Part shown: positions 9,342 through 16,662 of the stretch, one piece after another
Layout of the letters: each line of letters starts with the position of its first letter
How positions within the stretch are numbered: the stretch's first letter is position 1
IMG/VR virus record: IMGVR_UViG_3300045988_081724
DNA length: 61,211 bases
Origin: a virus
Direction: 5' to 3' (one strand)
Position numbers and translations under genes: made by a program
Notes under the pieces: model-generated
The model's input: the letters and a program-made list of their open reading frames with translations, nothing else
What the model was told of the DNA's origin: nothing
The model's database searches: none

Positions 9342-9701
9342 ATGTCACCTGTGGTTCAGCGCATTTTAGATTTAATGTATGAACATCATGTAACAGCCGC
9401 AAAATTAACTTCTGATCTCGGAATTTCCCATACCGCCGTTACGGATTGGAAAAAGGGACGTGGATCACCTAAGGTTACTACTATCGCTGACATTTCGCGA
9501 TATTTTAACGTATCTACTGACTACATTATTACAGGCGCGGAATCCAAAAACTTTGCCATTCCATTTGCTACAAAACTGGATAAAATGTTAATCAGTAAAT
9601 TTCACAAGCTCCCCGAAGAAATTCAGCAGGAAGTTTTAAGTTATATTGACTTTAAAATAGCTCAAACTATTGATGCCACCAGTCGCAAGGTATCATTATA
9701 A
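9342..9701 (+). CDS. CI-like HTH (XRE family) repressor
   Basis: ATG at 9342 preceded by AAGGAGGA; HTH VTAAKLTSDLGISHTAVTDWKKG. Confidence 0.7.
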   Translation: MSPVVQRILDLMYEHHVTAAKLTSDLGISHTAVTDWKKGRGSPKVTTIADISRYFNVSTDYIITGAESKNFAIPFATKLDKMLISKFHKLPEEIQQEVLSYIDFKIAQTIDATSRKVSL

Positions 9702-9731
9702 AAATTGATTTTAAGAAGGGGGTGAGAATTT

Positions 9732-11420
9732 ATGACTAGTGCCCGTGTTGCCATTTATATCCGTGTTTCGACAACACATCAGGTTGATAAAGACTCACTT
9801 CCTATGCAGCGTCAGGATTTAATTGCGTATGCAAAGCTCATGCTTCACACTACCGACTGTGTAATCTTTGAGGATGCCGGATACTCAGGTAAAAACATGG
9901 ATCGCCCACGCTTTCAATCCATGATGAAGCAAATTAGGCAAGGGCTTTTTACTCATGTCCTAGTTTGGAAAATTGACCGCATTAGTCGTAACTTGCTTGA
10001 CTTTGCCAGCATGTACGAGGAATTAAAATCTTTAGGTGTTACGTTCGTTTCCAAAAATGAGCAATTCGATACCTCTACCGCCATGGGCGAAGCAATGCTA
10101 AAAATTATTCTTGTATTCGCTGAACTTGAAAGAAACATGACAAGTGAGCGAGTAACGGCAACAATGATTTCAAGGGCTTCGAACGGACAATGGAACGGCG
10201 GGCGCGTCCCTTTTGGCTATAGCTATGATTCAGAAAAGAAGGAATTTTATATTAACGAAAAAGAAGCGCCCATAGTACGCTTAATCCATGATACCTACGA
10301 ACAAAATAGTTCTTTGCTTAACCTTACTCGCATTTTAAATGACAGTGGTTATAAAACTCGTGCAGGAAATGAATGGTCGCCTATTTCCGTACGAATTATC
10401 CTAAAAAATTTCTGGTATACCGGATGCTATCAATATAATCGGCTCAAAGATGGATGTCGCCAAAAGGAAAAGGATCAGTCTGAATGGGTAACGATACCAA
10501 ACCACCATCCTGCATTGATCTCTTTAAAGCAAAAGGAACGAATTGTAGAAATGCTTCGCTCAAATTACAAGCTCATTGCAGCAAACAACATTTATTACAC
10601 TTCAAACAACGTTCATGTCTTTGGTGGTTTAATTACCTGTGCCTTTTGTGGTAGACGCTACATTGCAACCACAGATACGAAAAAAGGATGGAAGATGGGG
10701 CGCTATGGATGTCCGACAAGACGGTACAGTAAAACAAAATGCTTAAATAAATCCATTTCCGACCTAACCCTTGGTGATTTTGTTTTTAACTACTTTGTTA
10801 ATCTTTTAAAAGTACAGAAGCACGCTAAAGAAATTACAACGACAGAGGAATTGCAACGTCAGCTATTATCTGGATATACCTTTAGTTCTGTAAAAGGATT
10901 ATCGCCTCAAAGTTTATTAGATACCCTGCGTCTGATCCATACGCTTAACCCCAGTGAAAAGATATACGGTAAAACTAAAGCTATAAAAAAAATTGCAAAG
11001 CCTGACAAGCAACTATTTACACTACGCGCAAAGCAAAGCAAGCTAAAAAGGGCATTAGATCGCTTGACTACGCTATACCTTTACAGTGAATCGTCTATGT
11101 CAGAAGCAGATTTTGTTGCTAAAAAAGCTGAAATCACAGATAACATAGCTAAAACGGAAGCGGAAATTTCAGAGCTTGTAAAAACTGACATACACTCGGA
11201 TATTACTGATTCTGAATTTTTGAGAAAAGCTAGTGAATTTGTTATTTCCCAGCAGCTTGTGTCCAGGAACTACATTAGCTACGAACGTTTAGCACGCACT
11301 GTAGACGTAAATATAACGCGCGAATTTATTGTAGGAACTATCGAACAAATCACCGTTCGAGACGGGCATATAGACTCCATTCTTTTCCGCAACGGTTTAT
11401 ACCACAAATTTATTTATTAG
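9732..11420 (+). CDS. int: Large serine recombinase (phage integrase)
   Basis: N-terminal resolvase catalytic domain VAIYIRVSTTHQ; 562 aa with a Cys-rich zinc-ribbon region. Confidence 0.9.
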   Translation: MTSARVAIYIRVSTTHQVDKDSLPMQRQDLIAYAKLMLHTTDCVIFEDAGYSGKNMDRPRFQSMMKQIRQGLFTHVLVWKIDRISRNLLDFASMYEELKSLGVTFVSKNEQFDTSTAMGEAMLKIILVFAELERNMTSERVTATMISRASNGQWNGGRVPFGYSYDSEKKEFYINEKEAPIVRLIHDTYEQNSSLLNLTRILNDSGYKTRAGNEWSPISVRIILKNFWYTGCYQYNRLKDGCRQKEKDQSEWVTIPNHHPALISLKQKERIVEMLRSNYKLIAANNIYYTSNNVHVFGGLITCAFCGRRYIATTDTKKGWKMGRYGCPTRRYSKTKCLNKSISDLTLGDFVFNYFVNLLKVQKHAKEITTTEELQRQLLSGYTFSSVKGLSPQSLLDTLRLIHTLNPSEKIYGKTKAIKKIAKPDKQLFTLRAKQSKLKRALDRLTTLYLYSESSMSEADFVAKKAEITDNIAKTEAEISELVKTDIHSDITDSEFLRKASEFVISQQLVSRNYISYERLARTVDVNITREFIVGTIEQITVRDGHIDSILFRNGLYHKFIY

Positions 11421-11437
11421 TTTGCAGGAGGTTTATT

Positions 11438-11980
11438 TTGATTAGACGCTCCAATTATCACTATAAAATAGCAATTACTATTGTTGCAGTTCTTTTCGCA
11501 GGGATGTGTTTTTCCGGGTGTAAAGATAAGCAAGACGCTCCCCCATCTGCGTCGGTATCCAGTCAGCAAGAGAAGGTTTCTGATTCGACAAAAGCCAGTG
11601 AAAAATCAGTGCTTGCTAAACTTCTAAGCACCACAGATAGCTCGGACACTACAAAAAAAGAATATATAGAAACAACGGCTTCCGCTATGATGGACGACTT
11701 GAATACTAACGCACTGCGCGCGAAGAAAAAATATAATAACCGCAATGTTGCTATTAAAGACGCTAAAATTGACGTTATTGACAGTGACGGCGATTATTTT
11801 ACTGTATGTTCGCCCGACGTAGATGTGCAAATTATTCCAATTCTAATAAACATACAATCGGAGAAGCAAAGAGAACAGTTATCCAATATGGATATTGGAC
11901 AGGTTATAACCGTCTATGGAACTGTCACACACGTCGGGGAGTCCATGGGATATGCCATCGATCTTAACAACTTCGAATAG
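11438..11980 (+). CDS. Lipoprotein (TTG start; candidate lysogenic-conversion or exclusion gene)
   Basis: Signal peptide plus lipobox ...LFAGMCFSGC; RBS GCAGGAGG; co-transcribed with int. Confidence 0.55.
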   Translation: MIRRSNYHYKIAITIVAVLFAGMCFSGCKDKQDAPPSASVSSQQEKVSDSTKASEKSVLAKLLSTTDSSDTTKKEYIETTASAMMDDLNTNALRAKKKYNNRNVAIKDAKIDVIDSDGDYFTVCSPDVDVQIIPILINIQSEKQREQLSNMDIGQVITVYGTVTHVGESMGYAIDLNNFE

Positions 11981-11995
11981 CAGATAATAAAAAAA

Positions 11996-12030
11996 CACCG
12001 GGTTTTATTGCCCGGTGCTTTTTATTTTAT
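11996..12030. terminator. Rho-independent terminator at the convergence of the int operon and the minus-strand genes (bidirectional)
   Basis: Hairpin CACCGGG-N8-CCCGGTG flanked by A-run and T-run. Confidence 0.7.
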
Positions 12031-12365
12031 AGAATTACAATGGATAATGCATCGCCAGGTTCGGAAGAAAAGCTCATATCAATCAGAACCTTTTCATCGA
12101 TGTGTTTATCATAAGTTGACCAAAGGTATGAAGTGACCTTTGTCATAACACAGGAGTGGAAGCTCAGTTCATTTTCTTCATACGCATCAATATCATCTTT
12201 AATTCTATCCCATTCATAAACATCTCGGGCTTCTGTGAAAAGAATTTTTGCCCCCTTTGGTAGGCTTTCAAGAATCCTGCTGACGCTTTCATCTCTTCGA
12301 CTTGGGCGGTTGGTTTTTGATGCTAACACACGAGCTAACTCTACATTCATTTCTTCTTTAGTCAT
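12027..12365 (-). CDS. Hypothetical protein (112 aa), moron region
   Basis: ORF. Confidence 0.45.
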   Translation of the reverse strand: MTKEEMNVELARVLASKTNRPSRRDESVSRILESLPKGAKILFTEARDVYEWDRIKDDIDAYEENELSFHSCVMTKVTSYLWSTYDKHIDEKVLIDMSFSSEPGDALSIVIL

Positions 12366-12441
12366 TTTAGGTTTCCTCCTGTTTACTAAATTTTCTTTAG
12401 CCCCGAAGTGGGAAAACCCTTTCCCACTTTACCTGCTTTAT

Positions 12442-12783
12442 CTATTTCATTTTTACAAGATCAGATACTTCCCAACATGGTGCATTTAGCTTTTCTTCCA
12501 AGGGTGGAAGTTTTTCAACTTCATATGCTTCAATTTCGATCTCGCACGTCATTTCTTCATTAAACACATAACATTTTCCATGCTTTTTGTAACTGCATCC
12601 CATTTCCATGCTTCCTTCGACAAACTTCTCAATTTCATCAAAGGACTTTTTACATCCCATCTCCTTCATTGCACACTCAAATGCCGTTTTGGCATTTCCT
12701 TTGAGTGTGTAAAGGAAGTGCATCTCCAAAATATGTTTTTCGCCTTTAGTATCTCTTTTTACGGTAATCTCATAAACTTTCAT
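12442..12783 (-). CDS. Hypothetical protein (113 aa) driven by promoter-cassette copy 1
   Basis: ORF directly downstream of the conserved leader and RBS. Confidence 0.5.
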   Translation of the reverse strand: MKVYEITVKRDTKGEKHILEMHFLYTLKGNAKTAFECAMKEMGCKKSFDEIEKFVEGSMEMGCSYKKHGKCYVFNEEMTCEIEIEAYEVEKLPPLEEKLNAPCWEVSDLVKMK

Positions 12784-12870
12784 CTTTGTTTCCTCCTGTT
12801 ATTTACTAACTATTTCCTTTGTTGTATATATATTACTACATTTTGCCTGATTTGTAAAGTGATTTATTTG
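12784..12870 (-). promoter_or_regulatory. Conserved promoter+leader cassette, copy 1 (-35 TTTACA, 17 bp, -10 TAATAT, about 40-nt leader ending AGGAGGAAACAAAG-ATG)
   Basis: On the minus strand -35 is 12853-12858 and -10 is 12830-12835. Near-identical copies at 50679-50770, 55285-55350 and 60762-60850. Confidence 0.7.
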
Positions 12871-12879
12871 CAAAAACAT

Positions 12880-12930
12880 CAAAAAAATAAAGGCATCTCA
12901 TTCTTTGAGATGCCTAGTACCTTTTTATTT
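12880..12930. terminator. Bidirectional rho-independent terminator
   Basis: Hairpin AGGCATCTC-N7-GAGATGCCT with T-runs on both strands. Confidence 0.65.
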
Positions 12931-12965
12931 TAGTTTCAAAGGAATATGCTTACTTGACATAACCC

Positions 12966-13247
12966 CTAACACCTTTGGGAATTCTTTAATTCCTCTTTGA
13001 TGGTTTTGATTTTTGCATATGCATCACGAATTGCTTCTCTAGCATTGTTTACCTTTTCCGCTGCATTAGGGATTTTCATAAACTGTCCTTCTATCGCAAA
13101 TTCGATAATCATACGCTCCCATTTTCTTTCTCGTTCGCGAAGTACATCTATCCATGCGTATAACCTATGGGTTTCTTCGGGAGTCCCGAATTTTCGGGCT
13201 AAACAGTATTCAAAAAGTGCCTTTTCTTTTTCATTAAGAAATTTCAT
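12966..13247 (-). CDS. Hypothetical protein (93 aa)
   Basis: ORF behind the degenerate promoter cassette. Confidence 0.45.
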   Translation of the reverse strand: MKFLNEKEKALFEYCLARKFGTPEETHRLYAWIDVLRERERKWERMIIEFAIEGQFMKIPNAAEKVNNAREAIRDAYAKIKTIKEELKNSQRC

Positions 13248-13345
13248 GTTGTGCCTCCTGTTAACTTTTCAAAAAACTTGTCGGGTACTTTTTACCCTTC
13301 CACTATATTATACTACATTCTCCTTCTTTTGTAAAGTTATATATT
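13248..13345 (-). promoter_or_regulatory. Degenerate copy of the promoter+leader cassette (-35 TTTACA, 17 bp, -10 TATAAT)
   Basis: Shares GTGCCTCCTGTTA, ATTATACTACATT and TTGTAAAGT blocks with the other copies. Confidence 0.5.
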
Positions 13346-13356
13346 TACATAAATAG

Positions 13357-13392
13357 TTAAAAATAAAAGGCATCTCGCTATTAGAGATGCCT
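13357..13392. terminator. Rho-independent terminator (same stem family as 12891-12915)
   Basis: Hairpin AGGCATCTC-N7-GAGATGCCT; T-run on the minus strand. Confidence 0.6.
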
Positions 13393-13398
13393 GGCTAT

Positions 13399-13857
13399 TC
13401 ATTTGTCAATTTGTATTAACTCCTCAGGTGGCTTACCTTTATTTCCGGCAATCAGTAGCGAAAGCATGAGATTTGCTGCATAGTTAAACCCAGCCTTAAA
13501 TCCGCACAATTCGTACTCTGCGGCAGCATCGATCATGAGTGAATATAACTGATCCGATTCTTCCGGTATTGCTCGAAAAAGCTCATTCTTAAATTCTTTC
13601 GTTAAACTAATGACATCAGGGCTATATCTTTCTTTGGGCGTGCTATTGTTTACATAATCACAAAAATAATCATTCGCCGTTCGGACACCTTCCATTCTTC
13701 CTTCTCTCCTTTTAAAAATCAATAATAGCTCTAAAAAACTTTCCTCCTTTCTTACTCTCAAAACAGTTAGTGTGCTATGTTTTTCTTGCATTATACTCTT
13801 ACTGGTTAACATTTGCAAGAAACAATTTTTTAAGATGTGTATACTGTCATTTCTCAA
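13399..13857 (-). CDS. Hypothetical protein (start possibly internal, MEGVRTANDYF at about 13695)
   Basis: ORF. Confidence 0.4.
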   Translation of the reverse strand: MRNDSIHILKNCFLQMLTSKSIMQEKHSTLTVLRVRKEESFLELLLIFKRREGRMEGVRTANDYFCDYVNNSTPKERYSPDVISLTKEFKNELFRAIPEESDQLYSLMIDAAAEYELCGFKAGFNYAANLMLSLLIAGNKGKPPEELIQIDK

Positions 13858-13894
13858 TTTACATATATTATTATATATATAATATAATAACTGT

Positions 13895-14216
13895 ATATAC
13901 CCTTACAGTAAGGTTTACTGTAAGCCTTACACAATGCACCAATTATGTGTATTTATACAAAATCAGTTAATAACAAGGCGTATAACTTGTATATTGCGTA
14001 TTTTTTGACATACTTTTATTTATGGTTCAGCCGTTGCAAAATTGCTGTAAGATTTTGTAAGTCTTACTGTAATGCTTACTGTAAGCCTTACACTCATACT
14101 TACTGTAAGCATCGCATTGTATAATTGTAATATTTCCAACAAAAACGAATACATATTTATACAATGTAAGTCTTACATGACCCCTTACAGTAAACCTTAC
14201 TGTAAGCCTTACATAA
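13895..14216. repeat. Array of 8 or more copies of the palindromic 11-mer CTTAC(T/A)GTAAG, including three copies of the 18-mer TTACTGTAAGCCTTACA; non-coding
   Basis: Read directly: clusters at about 13900-13935, 14044-14110 and 14165-14215. No ORF over 60 aa on the coding strand. Confidence 0.8.
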
Positions 14217-14261
14217 AAAACGTCATTATAATTTTCAATTCCCATAAATAAGATTTATCGA

Positions 14262-14297
14262 ACATATAAAAAACTCCCATCTAAATTTAGGTGGGAG
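14262..14297. terminator. Rho-independent terminator downstream of the secreted-protein gene
   Basis: Hairpin CTCCCATCTAAATTTAGGTGGGAG with T-run on the minus strand. Confidence 0.6.
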
Positions 14298-14320
14298 TTA
14301 TAACGCATTTTAACAAATTG

Positions 14321-14695
14321 CTACTTCGCATATCGTTCCCATGTTTCAGGAAATGCGGAGTTCTTTGCGCCCTTCTTCCATGCACAATAGTCATCGGCAA
14401 TTAAGTAAGGAATATCATCTTGATAAAACGTGAATGAGGGTGCTGACACAACTGGAACATGAGGACATGTATCTGTCGAGCGCATCAAAGATGCTTCTTT
14501 TCCAGCCACAGAATAGGACGTAATACCTCCATCATGCGGACATTTTATCGTCATCACTTTTTTAAAATATTCAAATTGAATTTCATAACCTTTAAAAAGA
14601 GGTACGACATGCCCATTTTTTTCCACTTGGAAAGCAGATGCAGTAGAACTCATCAAAAGCAAAGCACAAGCAACACATAATGTCTTTACCTTCAT
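14321..14695 (-). CDS. Secreted protein with signal peptide (start at MKVKTL; the ORF extends to 14731)
   Basis: Perfect RBS GAAGGAGGATAAA before the ATG at 14695; signal MKVKTLCVACALLLMSSTASA. Confidence 0.55.
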   Translation of the reverse strand: MKVKTLCVACALLLMSSTASAFQVEKNGHVVPLFKGYEIQFEYFKKVMTIKCPHDGGITSYSVAGKEASLMRSTDTCPHVPVVSAPSFTFYQDDIPYLIADDYCAWKKGAKNSAFPETWERYAK

Positions 14696-14760
14696 TTTAT
14701 CCTCCTTCATAACGTTAGCCGTATATTTCATTTCCTCTTCATTCTACCTTACTTTGGGCA

Positions 14761-14790
14761 ATAAAAAAAGAGGGCTAGTTTCCTAGCCCT
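14761..14790. terminator. Rho-independent terminator right after the frame-A spanin-like ORF
   Basis: Hairpin AGGGCTAGTTTCCTAGCCCT with T-run on the minus strand. Confidence 0.6.
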
Positions 14791-14795
14791 TAAAA

Positions 14796-15266
14796 TCAAT
14801 TCGTTGCTTCGTAAATTGCGAGTGATCCGGCAACAAAGCACCATACATTTCTTTGCCGCTTAGCGAGATTGCGTTGATGTTGCAACGTCTTTACCTGTTG
14901 CTCTAACACTGTCAAGGATTCCTCCAATTTTGCGATTGTCGCTTTTGCATTCGTCAATGAGACGTTTACATTCCTCAAGTTCTGCCTTGCTTCTGTCAGC
15001 AGATTCTTTGCTTCGTTCAACTGCTCCAATGCCTCGCTCAATGCTTTCTCCTGCTCCGTTGAGTTTTGAGTCAGCGCGTTCAGCTTCGTTTCGAGCGTTA
15101 TCAATCTGCTTTCCTTCGTCTTGTACATATTCTCTAGCTCGGTCAACTGTGTTTCCGTTATCGTATACGTTTGTTCCTGCGCATAAGAAGTAGGCGATGA
15201 CAAGCACGCCGATAAGAATAAACACAAGATCAAGCAAATTATAAACCTTGCGAGATTTCCACCCAT
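14796..15266 (-). CDS. Frame A: lipoprotein (lipobox LSAC) with long coiled-coil and hydrophobic C-terminus; spanin-like (o- or u-spanin candidate)
   Basis: ATG lies 4 nt inside the frame-B ATG and shares RBS AAGGAAAGGTG. Q/L/E heptad-rich. The terminator follows its stop directly. Confidence 0.4.
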   Translation of the reverse strand: MGGNLARFIICLILCLFLSACLSSPTSYAQEQTYTITETQLTELENMYKTKESRLITLETKLNALTQNSTEQEKALSEALEQLNEAKNLLTEARQNLRNVNVSLTNAKATIAKLEESLTVLEQQVKTLQHQRNLAKRQRNVWCFVAGSLAIYEATN

Positions 15267-15270
15267 CCAT
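14860..15270 (-). CDS. Frame B: N-terminal TM helix plus charged coiled-coil; i-spanin-like or holin-like protein, almost completely overlapping frame A
   Basis: ATG at 15270 with the RBS 8 nt upstream; TM segment LLDLVFILIGVLVIAYFLCAG. Confidence 0.4.
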   Translation of the reverse strand: MDGWKSRKVYNLLDLVFILIGVLVIAYFLCAGTNVYDNGNTVDRAREYVQDEGKQIDNARNEAERADSKLNGAGESIERGIGAVERSKESADRSKAELEECKRLIDECKSDNRKIGGILDSVRATGKDVATSTQSR

Positions 15271-15390
15271 GATTCACACCTTTCCTTAACTGTAATCCAT
15301 TAAAATTTTGCGAATTTTGGGTCATATAGGCGTTTCCTAGCTCTTTTTGATAAATTACACATTAGCCAGCTAAGACGCCTGTAAACCCAT

Positions 15391-15939
15391 TTAATCGCTT
15401 TCCAAGTACCATTGCGCTTTTCCGCGAAGCACGTTTCCCCCACTCATCCATGTATCATCATCGTGCAGTACAGCTAAATCCCATCTTTTGTCAGGATCAT
15501 CTGATTCAAGGTCATAGCCGTCTATCATCGCAACTTCTGCGTGAGTAAGGAAATGCTCACTATCGATCGGAATGTCAAACACTTTCGCTATTTTTGCCAT
15601 TAGCATAGCAAGGGATTCGATTTGTTCATCGGTAGGAGCTTCTTCTCCTAATCGTGCATACAATCCGCCCTCGCTGTCGAAATACGCTTCCGCTTCATAA
15701 CATGCACACAACGCAATAGCTATACTTCCTTCGTTTCTCTGCCACGTTGCGGCAGGTGTCTCTGTCAGCGGTCTAGTGTTTATGATTTCTCCGTCTCCGT
15801 CAATGCAATAGTGATAATCGCTAAACGTAGTGTAGCGATGTCCTGCTGTCCAGTGTAAATAAACCTGCACCGGAAAAGGATATTGATAAAACGATGGTCT
15901 AGCTTTCTTTAGTTGATTTTCAATTTCTTCCATACTCAT
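15391..15939 (-). CDS. N-acetylmuramoyl-L-alanine amidase (Amidase_2/PGRP-type endolysin)
   Basis: YLHWTAGH motif; 182 aa; directly downstream of the holin-like genes. Confidence 0.8.
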   Translation of the reverse strand: MSMEEIENQLKKARPSFYQYPFPVQVYLHWTAGHRYTTFSDYHYCIDGDGEIINTRPLTETPAATWQRNEGSIAIALCACYEAEAYFDSEGGLYARLGEEAPTDEQIESLAMLMAKIAKVFDIPIDSEHFLTHAEVAMIDGYDLESDDPDKRWDLAVLHDDDTWMSGGNVLRGKAQWYLESD

Positions 15940-16283
15940 TTAGCATCATCCCTTCTATTGAGCGGTATTTGTGGAGCACCTGTCCCTCCTCGCTTTGCTA
16001 ACACTTCTGCAGCATCGGGGCGTCCATCGTGATTTTTGTTTACGCAAAACACGGAAACAAACGTGACAGCAGCCACAACGGACGGCTTAGAAAGCTCATC
16101 GGTGATTCGGAGCAACTTGTCAATGTCAGGAACGTCCGTCAGATACCACATGTAGAGCCATGCGATGACATTCAGCAAAACTAGCGACAAAAGACAGCCG
16201 CCATAGATGTAAACCACCCTCATGCTCGTTCGTGCCCTTGAATTTATAAAGCTCATTGCCTTTTTTGTTAATTGTTCAACCAT
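15936..16283 (-). CDS. Holin-like membrane protein (2 TM)
   Basis: Two hydrophobic segments and a charged C-terminus; position before the endolysin. Confidence 0.5.
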   Translation of the reverse strand: MVEQLTKKAMSFINSRARTSMRVVYIYGGCLLSLVLLNVIAWLYMWYLTDVPDIDKLLRITDELSKPSVVAAVTFVSVFCVNKNHDGRPDAAEVLAKRGGTGAPQIPLNRRDDAK

Positions 16284-16586
16284 CTACTTTGTCTCCAAAT
16301 CACGAAGATCTTTTAGCATCGCTGTTCCCTGCCCGTTACCACCCAGTTGATGATAGGCTTCATAGACTTCTTCGGCGATAGATTCATCTTCGTATGTAAT
16401 AAACCCCCTGGATTTTGACTCACGGTGAACTTTGCGAAGCTCGATTTTCAGAAGCGCACGAGTCCCCTTTTCAATTGCTTGCTGTCGGTCGGATAGTGCT
16501 TTTGACTTATTCCAAAGATAGCCAACGGCAAAAGAAGCCGCCGTCAAAAGTGCCTGTATAATAAACCCATGTAAAATTCCATCCAT
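16284..16586 (-). CDS. Holin-like membrane protein (1 N-terminal TM)
   Basis: TM segment FIIQALLTAASFAVGYLW; charged C-terminus. Confidence 0.45.
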   Translation of the reverse strand: MDGILHGFIIQALLTAASFAVGYLWNKSKALSDRQQAIEKGTRALLKIELRKVHRESKSRGFITYEDESIAEEVYEAYHQLGGNGQGTAMLKDLRDLETK

Positions 16587-16599
16587 AATTCACCTCATA

Positions 16600-16640
16600 A
16601 AGTAAAAACGCCCTATCGATTGATAGGACGTTTTTAATCA
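16600..16640. terminator. Bidirectional terminator separating the tail genes from the lysis cassette
   Basis: Hairpin ACGCCCTATCGATTGATAGGACGT with A-run and T-run. Confidence 0.6.
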
Positions 16641-16662
16641 TGTGTATCTACGCTACGCTACA

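Noticed and set aside
12580-12933. Plus-strand ORFs sharing the peptide FTNYFLCCIYITTF (also at 50316-50876 and 60543-60875)
   Set aside because: They are artefacts of translating the repeated promoter/leader cassette on the wrong strand.
13895-14216. Possible CRISPR array
   Set aside because: The repeats are short palindromes at irregular spacing with no uniform spacers, and no cas genes are present.
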